Positions 45,781-55,146 of a DNA stretch of 64,000 nucleotides are shown in pieces. The notes below the pieces were generated by a model. The model worked only from the letters and a program-made list of their open reading frames with translations. It ran no database searches and was not told the DNA's origin. Source of the stretch: a virus; the IMG/VR virus record IMGVR_UViG_3300022554_000002, positions 96,001-160,000 of that record; one strand, written 5' to 3'. The first letter of the stretch is position 1. Every line of letters begins with the position of its first letter. Position numbers and translations under genes: made by a program.

Positions 45781-46440
45781 CTATCGTGGATGAGTAATAG
45801 CATATTTACGATCATGCATACCCAAATGACCATCTAAAATCCAAGGATTAATTGGTTTTCTACCATAAAAAGAACAAACCTCTTCCCACTGTTTTACTAT
45901 TATATTATATCCTTTATTTTGTAATATTTTAATAGTATGCATCATAGTTAAATCTTCAGAAACCAAATGTGGTTTTTCCTTATTAGGAATTGCAAAGGCT
46001 TCAGGTTCAATATAAGCCTCAATTAGATATTTAGCTAACTTCTTACTAATTCCTTTAACACCACCTTGAATATGGTCATGTATGTACGTACCAAAATAAT
46101 CTGCATCAGGTAATGGGTCTTCAAAATGTCTAAAAATTTCACAGTCTGGATCTAATTTAATTAGATACTCTACATCTTTACTTTCAAAAATTTTAAGATA
46201 TCGACTAATCCATTTTGTTCCATTTGCAATTGGTTTAAGATACTCGCCTAAATGTGTCATAAAATAGTCAGTATTGTCTCTAAATGTCCAATTAAATTGG
46301 TCACATTCTTTTTGTTGGTCGTATCCATCAAATACTACATCACAATAAGTGTCAGGGAAATACCAATTAATTTCCCTGTAGAGATGTATAGCTTTGCCAA
46401 CATCATCACGGACATTAATTAAGAAACTGAATTCTTCCAT
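45781..46440 (-). CDS. putative GT-A fold glycosyltransferase
   Basis: YLIKLDPDC (DxD-like), IQGGVKGISKKL, SEDLTM; adjacent to a GT4 gene. Confidence 0.5.
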   Translation of the reverse strand: MEEFSFLINVRDDVGKAIHLYREINWYFPDTYCDVVFDGYDQQKECDQFNWTFRDNTDYFMTHLGEYLKPIANGTKWISRYLKIFESKDVEYLIKLDPDCEIFRHFEDPLPDADYFGTYIHDHIQGGVKGISKKLAKYLIEAYIEPEAFAIPNKEKPHLVSEDLTMMHTIKILQNKGYNIIVKQWEEVCSFYGRKPINPWILDGHLGMHDRKYAITHPR

Positions 46441-47492
46441 ACGTTTTCAACCACACTTGTTAAGTTTTTTGCAAAAATTTCTTCAGTATATTTCTCACGC
46501 TCATGTAATATGTTTTCTCTGAATTTTTTAGTTATTGCATTTTCATTGGAAAATAAATCATATGCAAACTCTAAATCGCGTTTAGTAAGATTAGCATCCT
46601 TATTTGGGTTAGTCATTAAGAAAGCATTGTCATCTGTTAAGACTTCATTAACACCATCTACTGTTGTCGCTGCAATAGGTAATCCCATTGCCATTGCTTC
46701 TAACAGTGCAATTGGAGTGCCTTCGTAGAAACTTGGCAAAATGAATGCATCAGCAGAAGCATAGATATCAGGCATTACCTCTCTAACCATCTGCTCAATC
46801 ATATGAATATTTGTATTTAATCCAGTATCCTGTAAAATGCTGTAAAGTTGATAATAATCCGTGCCATCGCCAACCCAAATCCAATGTAAATTATTAAAGT
46901 TCTTTTCTTTTTCTCTAAGTTTATGAATTACATCAAGTTGGAGATGATATCCTTTTGTTCTGTCAGTTCTCGCAACAGTTAAAAATACTCGTGCTGTCTT
47001 GGGAATTTGAAGAACTTCACGTGCATAAAATGGGTCAGACGTTTTGTAACGATTTGTATTAAATTCTTTGTCAAAACAGGGGTAAATAACTACGCCTTTA
47101 TCTTTTGGTAATCCTAAATCCTGTAATGATTTAAGTGTGTTTTGACTAACTGCAATAACTTCCTCTGCACCTTTCAAGGCACATTCCACCCATGCTTTAT
47201 CATTGCAGACTTCTTTATACTGTTCTGGAACTAAATGAGCCACAGAAACATAAGGAATACCCACTAGAATAGCTTTTGTCTTTTCAAGTTTATTTGATTC
47301 TGGTGATTTGTCACTGAATATGATTAAATCTGGTGTGACATGCTCTAACAATGAGACGAAATTTCTACGGTCCTTATCAGACCATGAAAAGGTCAGTTTA
47401 TATTGTGCCTCTAAATTTCGACACGCTGCCTCATTCCAAACTTGAATACCATATTTAGGATAGTCTGTGTAGATTAATATGTTTTTACTCAT
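46419..47492 (-). CDS. glycosyltransferase family 4
   Basis: FLTVARTDRTKGYH, IWVGDG, YASADAFILPSFYEGTPIALLEAMAMGLPIAATTVDGVNEV. Confidence 0.9.
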   Translation of the reverse strand: MSKNILIYTDYPKYGIQVWNEAACRNLEAQYKLTFSWSDKDRRNFVSLLEHVTPDLIIFSDKSPESNKLEKTKAILVGIPYVSVAHLVPEQYKEVCNDKAWVECALKGAEEVIAVSQNTLKSLQDLGLPKDKGVVIYPCFDKEFNTNRYKTSDPFYAREVLQIPKTARVFLTVARTDRTKGYHLQLDVIHKLREKEKNFNNLHWIWVGDGTDYYQLYSILQDTGLNTNIHMIEQMVREVMPDIYASADAFILPSFYEGTPIALLEAMAMGLPIAATTVDGVNEVLTDDNAFLMTNPNKDANLTKRDLEFAYDLFSNENAITKKFRENILHEREKYTEEIFAKNLTSVVENVWKNSVS

Positions 47493-47868
47493 TTAGCCTT
47501 TCCAGTAGATTTTTCCTTGTTTCGGTTAATTTTTCCTTATAAAGACCTAAAGACAAGTAATAATCTATTTTAGCAATTGCATTTTTAATGTCTTTTATTT
47601 TATTTCCACCTAGTTTGGGTTGACTCTTTAATTCTCGTTTAGTCCTTCTAGCAGCAAAATTTAAATAATTTATAACATGAAAATCATCTTTAGTATATGT
47701 ATGTTCTATTTTGTCTTCTACGTATCCACCAGAAAGTCGTCTATCTTCCTTTGCAGCTATTACCATTCCAAGAGGATACAACATTAAATATTCGTCAGTT
47801 GATTCATCCCACAAACTACACTTCTCCCTCACAGGAGAATATAAACTAGTTGGTATGCTCGTTATCAT
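47485..47868 (-). CDS. hypothetical protein
   Basis: 127-aa ORF, operon-tiled. Confidence 0.6.
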   Translation of the reverse strand: MITSIPTSLYSPVREKCSLWDESTDEYLMLYPLGMVIAAKEDRRLSGGYVEDKIEHTYTKDDFHVINYLNFAARRTKRELKSQPKLGGNKIKDIKNAIAKIDYYLSLGLYKEKLTETRKNLLERLNE

Positions 47869-48079
47869 TATTTAATTCTTTCAATAGATTAGATAATTGT
47901 GCTAAAGCTTCTTTTTTAGTTGTAAATTCACCAAGATAGAAATTTTCCCTGTCCGTTGAATTTGGGTAATAAAACTCAGCAAGAATGAAGAATTTATTTT
48001 CATTTGCAGTTGCAACACGAAGTTGCCCTATGTACCGAGTATTTATCAATGTTTCATTTGTAGTCACTAACCATTTCAT
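47846..48079 (-). CDS. hypothetical protein
   Basis: 77 aa, SD aaggag, after a sigma70 promoter. Confidence 0.6.
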   Translation of the reverse strand: MKWLVTTNETLINTRYIGQLRVATANENKFFILAEFYYPNSTDRENFYLGEFTTKKEALAQLSNLLKELNNDNEHTN

Positions 48080-48098
48080 TGCGTTTCTCCTTAGTTTA

Positions 48099-48127
48099 AT
48101 TATACGACCACGTTAGTCTTTTGTCAA
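48099..48127 (-). promoter_or_regulatory. sigma70-type promoter TTGACA-N17-TATAAT
   Basis: TTGACAaaagactaacgtggtcgTATAAT. Confidence 0.7.
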
Positions 48128-48772
48128 GTAAATAAAGTTGGTTTTCTCTGGATGGAACCAATTTAAACTTGACATTGTGTTCACAAAATGACACACTCCA
48201 TCATGTACAGATTCGTTTAAAATACCTTTTTCTATGTTTGGAATTTCATTAGGATTTACAACTTTGCCATAAATAAAATCATGTATTACAATAATACCAC
48301 CAGAACGAACCATTTTCATTGCTTTATCAAAATCATGTTTGATGTAAGGATAGGTGTGATTTCCATCAACCAAACAGAAGTCAATATCTTTAATGTTATG
48401 TTCTTCTGCTTTAAATTGTATACTGTCCATAATGAGAAAATCTATATTACCATCGTTTTTACATTCCATTCCAATTTCATCTTTAGGTAATACTTTATTT
48501 CCTTGTACAGGGTTATATGCAGAAGAGTCTTTAGGAATTACATAATCTAAAGTCCAGATATGTTGACCTGTAACACAATGTAGTACATGGGTAGTTAGTC
48601 CGCGCCAAGTTCCAAATTCGTATATTCCCTTACCAGTATTGGATTTACATGCAAGAACACACAGAACTTGACGTTCATATTTTGTCATCATATGTTCGTG
48701 AACATATGGAATTTTATTTAATTCTGATGAATATTTTATAATTTCATCATTAAAATTTACTACTGTTATCAT
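48113..48772 (-). CDS. class I SAM-dependent methyltransferase (Methyltransf_24-like)
   Basis: IYEFGTWRGLT, WTLDY, DFCLVDGNHTYPYIKHDF, SGGIIVIHDF. Confidence 0.85.
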   Translation of the reverse strand: MITVVNFNDEIIKYSSELNKIPYVHEHMMTKYERQVLCVLACKSNTGKGIYEFGTWRGLTTHVLHCVTGQHIWTLDYVIPKDSSAYNPVQGNKVLPKDEIGMECKNDGNIDFLIMDSIQFKAEEHNIKDIDFCLVDGNHTYPYIKHDFDKAMKMVRSGGIIVIHDFIYGKVVNPNEIPNIEKGILNESVHDGVCHFVNTMSSLNWFHPEKTNFIYLTKD

Positions 48773-49170
48773 TTTTGTATTGTGTTCTTTTTAAGTAAAT
48801 TTATTAATGATTTTTCAGTTTTTACAACGTATACTTCTGGTAAATAATGAAAACACTGCCAACGCTCACCATACACAACAAGCATATATTCCATCGCAAG
48901 ACCAAATCCGAACTCGCAATGTCTAGCACCACGAGAGCCATTGTCACCAAATACCTCACAAGCTACTATTGTATCTGCACGTTGTAAATCAGCTAAATCA
49001 TTTAGAGCTTCTTTCCGCATCTTTTTGGGGGTTACTTTACCATATGGCACAGACACCTTATTTGGACTGTGCCAAGTTGAGACAATTTCTTGCCCCTCTG
49101 CTATTAGTCTTTGTGCTAAAGCTTCAACCTGATCCTTTGCACCATATCGTGCAGCAAGATAAATTTTCAT
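48769..49170 (-). CDS. nucleoside 2-deoxyribosyltransferase-like protein
   Basis: MKIYLAARY...DLADLQRADTIVA...GARHCEFGFGLA. Confidence 0.7.
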   Translation of the reverse strand: MKIYLAARYGAKDQVEALAQRLIAEGQEIVSTWHSPNKVSVPYGKVTPKKMRKEALNDLADLQRADTIVACEVFGDNGSRGARHCEFGFGLAMEYMLVVYGERWQCFHYLPEVYVVKTEKSLINLLKKNTIQK

Positions 49171-49424
49171 GGTAGTGTAGTCTCCATTATCCAATCGTAA
49201 AATGTTGCATAGCAAAAAGATAAATATTGTAAAGCGTCAGCACGGCTTATTTCTAATATCTCATTTTTATTATAATTTTTATTGTAACAAATTTCTATAG
49301 AATGTACAGAAGGATGTCTACTATAATTTACTACACAAACATATCCTTGGACTGTTAATTTATTTGGTATTACAAAAATAACACGATTAAATAGTTGTAT
49401 GCGGTCTAATTCTTCTTCGGTCAT
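49167..49424 (-). CDS. hypothetical protein
   Basis: Likely start MTEEELDRI. Confidence 0.5.
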   Translation of the reverse strand: MTEEELDRIQLFNRVIFVIPNKLTVQGYVCVVNYSRHPSVHSIEICYNKNYNKNEILEISRADALQYLSFCYATFYDWIMETTLP

Positions 49425-49432
49425 AAAATTTC

Positions 49433-50244
49433 CTAGACTTTGGGGAATTTTGGTGTCCAATGACCTTCTACAAGATTAAAGTCATCAAAAATTAATGGTT
49501 CTTCAGCTTGCATTACTTTCAACATAGCAGTTGCAACTAAAAGAATCTCTTCTTCAGCAGCAGCACAACAACGAAGATTAAAAATATGTCTAAGAGCACG
49601 TAGATTACCCGTCCAAACCCCTCCCGTTGCTACCCCCATTGGGATAATACGACGCATCATACTTGTAATTTGTTTCTTATATTTAAATTTTGACTCAGGA
49701 GAAAGTTCATCCTTCCAAATATCAACCAATTTGGTGTAATAATCTTCAACAAGAGTAAATACATTATTGACAATCTCTCTTGATTTTTGTTTTTTTGCAG
49801 CTAATAGACAATTATCTCCATCTTCCTCTTGAAGACTGGTTGGCATCCAAAAAGGAATGTCTTCATACCGAATATAACGCATTGAACCTTAGAAATGGCC
49901 ATACCAGCACGATGTCGGTTCATTTCTCCTGTGAAAACTCTGCTAACATTTTCAAGAGCAAAGGTATAATTAACATGTTCCATGACAGAACCATGTCCAC
50001 TTTTGAGAATATTGTCAATATATTCCTTTGCATCATCACGAACTTTTGTAACATTGGGATTAAGCAGTGGTACAAAAGCTTTATAACACCTTTTACCAGC
50101 AAGCATCATAAGTTGCTCACCCGGTGTTCTATTAGGATCAAGTTTGTAGTCTTCTGCTTCAAGACTATCAAGCCAGTCTCTTGCATTATTATTGCAAATT
50201 TGTGTTTTAGCTAACAAAAAAACAGTTGGCTGAACATTGTGCAT
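49433..50244 (-). pseudogene. thyX: FAD-dependent thymidylate synthase interrupted by a 1-nt deletion
   Basis: GHGSVMEH...VSRVFTGEMNRHRAGMAIS in one frame and SMRYIRY...NLRALRHIFNLR in the next; inserting G between TCT and AA (49890/49891) restores RHRAGMAISEGSMRY. Confidence 0.85.
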
Positions 50245-50443
50245 TACCTTCTCCTATTTACTATTCCTTAAAAAACGTAAGCTAAAAATTTATCTTTAAT
50301 TTCAAATATTACAGAATTACCTGTAAATAATGCTCCTTGAGTAATTATTGCTTCTTTAGATATTTTTAACTTATTTAACATAATATCTAGATTATTTTGA
50401 GCTTTTTCTTTAGAAACACCCACAGCAATTTTACAAAGCATAT

Positions 50444-50653
50444 TTATTCCTCATATGGAATACTGAACGACCACTCATCTTTCAACAAATCAGAATCACG
50501 TAAATATCCAGAAAAACTATTTGTACTGTCACGAATAGGAACTATTCTTTCTTCATTAATCCAATTTATCATTCCTATAAAATAAATTTTTTCATGCTTG
50601 GTATTATAAATACCTTGAAAATTACATAACCAGTTAATTTCTTCTTTGGTCAT
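50444..50653 (-). CDS. hypothetical protein
   Basis: 69 aa, SD aggag, after a sigma70 promoter. Confidence 0.6.
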   Translation of the reverse strand: MTKEEINWLCNFQGIYNTKHEKIYFIGMINWINEERIVPIRDSTNSFSGYLRDSDLLKDEWSFSIPYEE

Positions 50654-50669
50654 ACTTTCTCCTGACTAT

Positions 50670-50697
50670 ATTATACAATGAGAGATTGAAATGTCAA
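50670..50697 (-). promoter_or_regulatory. sigma70-type promoter TTGACA-N16-TATAAT
   Basis: TTGACAtttcaatctctcattgTATAAT. Confidence 0.75.
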
Positions 50698-50752
50698 GGA
50701 AAAACCTGAAGAGTGAAATATATATTCACTAACTCAGTATGACGGTCGTGAT

Positions 50753-51925
50753 TTACTTCTTACTCTCTTCATTGGTCTTGGTTTTATTACCCAAATTCCT
50801 CTGAGAGTCTTTGTTTATCCTCTGCCGTGAATCCTCACGGTGGAGTAAGGCAAAAGCTTTTATGTTTTTCGCTGCATTAATATCTCGATCATGGAAAGTG
50901 TTACATTTAGCACATGTCCATTCTCTGTGTTGTAACTTTAGGTTTTTATTTATTTCTCCACAAACTGAACATATTTTGCTACTTGGTTTAAATTGTCCTA
51001 TAAATAAGAGATTTCTACCATACCATTCTGATTTATAAGTTAGCTGGCGTTTAAACTCATACCAACTAACATTACTTATAGCTTTGGCTAATTTATGATT
51101 TTTTAACATATCTGTAATATTTAAATCTTCTAAGCAAATTGTTTGGTTCTCACGAATTAGCTTAGTAGACAATTTTTGCAAAAAATCATATTTTTGATTC
51201 GTAATTTTTTCATAAATTTTTGCTACAATGAGTTTTTGTTTTTCTCTGTTTTTGCTTCCTTTCTGTTTTTTATTGAACATTCGTTGATGATGTTTTAGTC
51301 TTTTTTCTTGTTTATTAAAATATTTAGGATTTGTAATTTTATCACCATTTGAAGTTACACAAATATCTTTAAGTCCCAAATCTATACCAATTGTTGTATT
51401 GCTTACAATGGGTGGTTTAGTGGGAATTGGTTCACCAGTATCAACTAGTATACAAGCAAAGTATTTATTTGTTTTTGTTTTTACAATGGTTGTAGTTTTA
51501 ATCTTACCTGTAAATTGTCTATGAAAAACACATTTAATATTTGGAATTTTCATAATGTGTAATAAACTATTATTAAAATCTACTTTTGTATATTGAGGGC
51601 ATTGAAATGTTTGTTTTTTATTTTTAGATTTAAATACTGGAAATTTTGCTTTGTTATTATTAAAATTTGTGAAAGCATTATCAAGATTCATAAGAGCCAT
51701 CATTACTGCTTGACTATTTACTACTTTTAACCAGGGTAATTCCTGTTTTAATTTTGGTAGTTGTTTTTTAATTTCATAACAAGTGATTTTTTTGTTTTCT
51801 GCTTGGGTTTTAAGTCGTTGTTCTAGCCCCCAATTATAAATATATCTACAACACCCAAAATGCTGCCCTAAAAATTTCTTTTGTTTTTCTGTAGGATATA
51901 TTTTATATTTATAAGTTTTTAACAT
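50753..51925 (-). CDS. tnpB: RNA-guided endonuclease TnpB
   Basis: MLKTYKYKIYPT...FGCCRYIYNWGLE HTH; RuvC IGIDLGLK, ICLEDL, HDRDINAAKNI; Zn finger CSVCG...CAKC. Confidence 0.93.
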   Translation of the reverse strand: MLKTYKYKIYPTEKQKKFLGQHFGCCRYIYNWGLEQRLKTQAENKKITCYEIKKQLPKLKQELPWLKVVNSQAVMMALMNLDNAFTNFNNNKAKFPVFKSKNKKQTFQCPQYTKVDFNNSLLHIMKIPNIKCVFHRQFTGKIKTTTIVKTKTNKYFACILVDTGEPIPTKPPIVSNTTIGIDLGLKDICVTSNGDKITNPKYFNKQEKRLKHHQRMFNKKQKGSKNREKQKLIVAKIYEKITNQKYDFLQKLSTKLIRENQTICLEDLNITDMLKNHKLAKAISNVSWYEFKRQLTYKSEWYGRNLLFIGQFKPSSKICSVCGEINKNLKLQHREWTCAKCNTFHDRDINAAKNIKAFALLHREDSRQRINKDSQRNLGNKTKTNEESKK

Positions 51926-51954
51926 TTAGAGAATCTTTATCCCCTTTCTAAGTA

Positions 51955-51961
51955 TATAATC
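51955..51961 (-). promoter_or_regulatory. GATTATA phage-type promoter before tnpB
   Basis: aGATTATAtacttagaaagggg, 30 nt before the ATG. Confidence 0.55.
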
Positions 51962-51984
51962 TAGTTTTTTATAAAAAATAGAGG

Positions 51985-52036
51985 GAAATGGTTAATTTAA
52001 ATAGTATGACGGTCCCGTATTTAAATTAACCATTTC
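51985..52036. repeat. perfect 19-bp inverted repeat (hairpin) with the 12-bp direct repeat in its loop
   Basis: gaaatggttaatttaaata (51985-52003) / tatttaaattaaccatttc (52018-52036). Confidence 0.85.
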
Positions 52037-52760
52037 TATTTACAAAGTCTACCGTCTTTGTAAATATTTTTTCCTCTATAAACTCTTTACTCTCCAAGTA
52101 CTTATCGAAATTTTCAAACAAGATGTTCTTCTGTCCTTCAGTGTACCCATATTCTATAATCGTACATGGACATTTTGAATTCCAAAAGATTGTTCGTGGA
52201 ATTCTATAACACGTAGCCATGTGCATAAAGAAACTGTCAAGCCCAATATAATGTTTACAGGAGGATAAAATCTTTATTGCCAACTCTAAATTTTGAATTT
52301 CATCCAAATCTATAAATGTTATATTGTTATCGTCTAACTTTTTTATTAGCTTTTTCCATAATTCTTCAGGAAGCTGTTTTAGATTTTTAAATGTTGAGCA
52401 TTTATTACTAATAGCAATAATATTACTAGTTTGCACCACAGGTATTTGTGGTGGCATAGTAGTATAATTTCTAGAAACTTTTACTCCTGTAATAAATTGA
52501 ACTTTGTCCAATATATAATCTGCGTGGCTTGTTGATGCATGAATTCCTGCTTTAAATGGATACAGAACTTTGATTTCACCAAAGGAACGTCCAAATTTAA
52601 AATTGTACCCAAGCAATGTTAATAGAAAGTTATATTTTTTATAATCAATAAACACTTCTATGTCAGAATTAGCAAGATTTGTAAATGCATTATGACTAAG
52701 TATTATATCTCCTATGGCACCGGGATGTAAATGCCTAAGTGTTACAACTCTCATATCCAT
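52026..52760 (-). CDS. glycosyltransferase family 9-like (heptosyltransferase fold)
   Basis: HPGAIGDIILSH...LAIKILSSCKHYIGLDSFFMHMA. Confidence 0.75.
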   Translation of the reverse strand: MDMRVVTLRHLHPGAIGDIILSHNAFTNLANSDIEVFIDYKKYNFLLTLLGYNFKFGRSFGEIKVLYPFKAGIHASTSHADYILDKVQFITGVKVSRNYTTMPPQIPVVQTSNIIAISNKCSTFKNLKQLPEELWKKLIKKLDDNNITFIDLDEIQNLELAIKILSSCKHYIGLDSFFMHMATCYRIPRTIFWNSKCPCTIIEYGYTEGQKNILFENFDKYLESKEFIEEKIFTKTVDFVNRNG

Positions 52761-53431
52761 TTCTTAACAGGATGCCATAGACCTTTTTGTGTTACATCTA
52801 TATTAGATTCTAGTTTTTGAAAACTAATATTACCTTGATAATTACTAAATCCTTTTGGTGGGTAGCCAACCCTATTTGCTAAAGTTGGAAAACGTACCTC
52901 ACAGAAAACGCTGACAAATTCCTTTTGTAATAATTCTACCATTTTAGCCAGAACAATATCATCAATTAGAATTACTGTAAAAGGCATTATACCAGTATAA
53001 AATGGCTTATAGCTTTCAGGCAAGTTATTATACTCTTTCTTCCAGTACCATTCTCCGTCTGTTATTCCTGCTCGTCCAGCAACTACAAAAGGATCGTTCC
53101 AGTTATCACCCCAAAACTCCTTGAGATTCATATTGCATCGTACATCAGCTTCAAGTAAAACCCACTTTTTACAATTATTCTTTTTGTTTAACCACCAGAG
53201 ATAGTTTAATAAATCACAATTTTGCCAAGCTTTGTTTTTATTGATTGCCACACGTTGCCAAATATCATTTAAATCGTGTAGCTTTTTCGCGGCTAAACCA
53301 TCTTTGAATGGAATGTTACCTGAAATAGTTTCAATGGGTACATTAGGATTATGTTGTTTCATTAATTCAATATGTTTTGTTGTAACATCATTTGTATCAA
53401 TGTGTCTTACAACAATTCCATATTCTAACAT
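52751..53431 (-). CDS. putative GT-A fold glycosyltransferase
   Basis: WVLLEADV (ExD), FCEVRFPTL; lies between GT9 and GT14 genes. Confidence 0.4.
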   Translation of the reverse strand: MLEYGIVVRHIDTNDVTTKHIELMKQHNPNVPIETISGNIPFKDGLAAKKLHDLNDIWQRVAINKNKAWQNCDLLNYLWWLNKKNNCKKWVLLEADVRCNMNLKEFWGDNWNDPFVVAGRAGITDGEWYWKKEYNNLPESYKPFYTGIMPFTVILIDDIVLAKMVELLQKEFVSVFCEVRFPTLANRVGYPPKGFSNYQGNISFQKLESNIDVTQKGLWHPVKKWI

Positions 53432-53434
53432 GTG

Positions 53435-54199
53435 TTAGTCCAAAAACGTTGATTCGTCATTAAACTTTCTAGCAAATAGGCATTCATGTGTTCCATACGC
53501 ATCAGTATGTATATTATAATTTAATGCTTCTTGATATTCATCCGCAGTCAAGACTTCTGGACCATGTTTACCTTTGATATGGTTATAATACATTAAATGA
53601 TGTTTTGTGTTTAATGAAAATTTTGCTAACATGGTTTGAAAGTAAAACTCAACAGGGAATATCGTATTTCGTTCTAGGAACAACCTTCGTCTATCATTTT
53701 TCCATCTATCTAATACATGTCGTGCTGCATCCTTGGTAATTGCCCAATATGCATATCCACAATAAGGGTCTAATTCGTGGTAAACAATATTGAAATCTTT
53801 AGGAATACGTACCGCTGGTTTATCACCTTCTGGCCAAGGTAACTTTTCACAGCTTATGAATTCATTATATTCATTTGTATTGAAAAAATCATTAATATAA
53901 TCAGGTTTGACAATAGGATAGTCAGAACCACTTAAAAGTACAATATGTGTTACGTCTTGTGAAACACCATATTCTAGCAAATTAATAGTTGCTTTAATGG
54001 TGTTCCAATCTGCCCAACCAGTTCTTTGTGGATTATTAATTTGTTTGGATAGGCATAACTCAGAAAATTCAGTAGGATAAAATGTATCTAGATTGAGAAA
54101 TACTTTTGCATATGGTTGGTCAATAGCCGTAATAAGCCTATGAAGATGCTTCGGATTATTATGAGCTAATATACAGTATGCTATCATTGAACCACCCAA
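53435..54199 (-). CDS. glycosyltransferase family 14 (core-2/I-branching-like)
   Basis: IAYCILAHNNPKHLHRLI, LLSGSDYPI, VEFYFQT, LFARKF. Confidence 0.8.
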   Translation of the reverse strand: MGGSMIAYCILAHNNPKHLHRLITAIDQPYAKVFLNLDTFYPTEFSELCLSKQINNPQRTGWADWNTIKATINLLEYGVSQDVTHIVLLSGSDYPIVKPDYINDFFNTNEYNEFISCEKLPWPEGDKPAVRIPKDFNIVYHELDPYCGYAYWAITKDAARHVLDRWKNDRRRLFLERNTIFPVEFYFQTMLAKFSLNTKHHLMYYNHIKGKHGPEVLTADEYQEALNYNIHTDAYGTHECLFARKFNDESTFLD

Positions 54200-55146
54200 T
54201 TTACCTTTTTGAATGCTTTTAAGTCTCTACCACCAGCATATGAAATGCTGCTACGAAGGCTTTGGTCAATTTCTTTATATTTATCAACTATAGAGCCACG
54301 ATATGGAATTTCAATTTTGCAACCTTCTACGTATTCTTTAACACCCTTATTATGTTCACTAGCAGAACCAAAGTATTCTTTTACAATTCGTCCATCAGGA
54401 TAGATAATCTTTTTTCCCGGTGATTCTTCAAATCCAGCCACTAAATTTCCAGTCATAACCCAACTAGCACCAGCAACTAATGCCTTAGCAATATCTCCAT
54501 TCTGAGTAATACCCCCATCAGATATAATGGGTTTCTTTGCAAAAGCAGCACATTCCAAAACAGCAGAGAATTGTGGTCTGGAAAATCCTGTTTGAAGTTT
54601 GGTAATGCAAACTTTTCCACTTCCTATTCCAACCTTAGTCGCATCTGCTCCCCAAGACTCTAATGCGTGTACACCGTTCCCTGTGCATACATTGCCAGCA
54701 ATAACAAAAGTGTCAGGAAGATTTTCCTTAATAAGAGCAATCATCTTCTTCATTTTGTCACAATGACCATGAGCAATGTCAATTGTAATATAATGAATTT
54801 TTATTTTTAGTTTTTTTAATTTTTTAATAACCTCAATACTGTCTTGGTTGACGCCAACAGAAATTGAAACTAGGCCAATTTTTTGCATCTTTTTTGCAAA
54901 GTCAATAATATCAACACCAAATCTATGCATAACATAGAAGTAACCATTTTGAGTTAGCCATTTTGCTAAATTAAAGTCTATAATAGTTTTCATATTAGCA
55001 GGAATGATAGGAAGTTTAAACTTCCAATTTCCTATAGTTTGCCACGTACTTACTTGTTCTCGTGAGTCAACAAGTGCTTCATTTGGTAATAATAGAATAT
55101 CGTTGTAATGATATTCTTTATGTTTAGACATCAAATGCTCGTTCAT
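54184..55146 (-). CDS. guaC: GMP reductase
   Basis: YNDILLLP, LPIIPANM, YFYVMHRF, TIDIAHGH, KVGIGSGKVCITKLQTGF, IISDGGI, SSISYAGG. Confidence 0.92.
   Translation of the reverse strand: MNEHLMSKHKEYHYNDILLLPNEALVDSREQVSTWQTIGNWKFKLPIIPANMKTIIDFNLAKWLTQNGYFYVMHRFGVDIIDFAKKMQKIGLVSISVGVNQDSIEVIKKLKKLKIKIHYITIDIAHGHCDKMKKMIALIKENLPDTFVIAGNVCTGNGVHALESWGADATKVGIGSGKVCITKLQTGFSRPQFSAVLECAAFAKKPIISDGGITQNGDIAKALVAGASWVMTGNLVAGFEESPGKKIIYPDGRIVKEYFGSASEHNKGVKEYVEGCKIEIPYRGSIVDKYKEIDQSLRSSISYAGGRDLKAFKKVNWVVQ

Larger units (their letters stand above)
50736..52014 (-). mobile_element. stand-alone TnpB cassette (IS200/IS605-derived, no TnpA) bounded by a 12-bp direct repeat
   Basis: agtatgacggtc at 50736-50747 and 52003-52014 flank tnpB. 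Confidence 0.65.

Noticed and set aside
49870-49900. Programmed -1 ribosomal frameshift in thyX
   Set aside because: No X XXY YYZ heptamer, and the -1 frame has TAA at the junction; a 1-nt deletion explains it better
50266-50381. 37-aa minus-strand ORF (MLNKLKISKEA...)
   Set aside because: Short, no clear SD and no motif; cannot be supported as a gene
50700-52040. TnpB as a Cas12f/Cas12j CRISPR effector with a mini-array
   Set aside because: Only two 12-bp copies 1.27 kb apart, no repeat-spacer array, and the protein has a classic IS605 OrfB N-terminus
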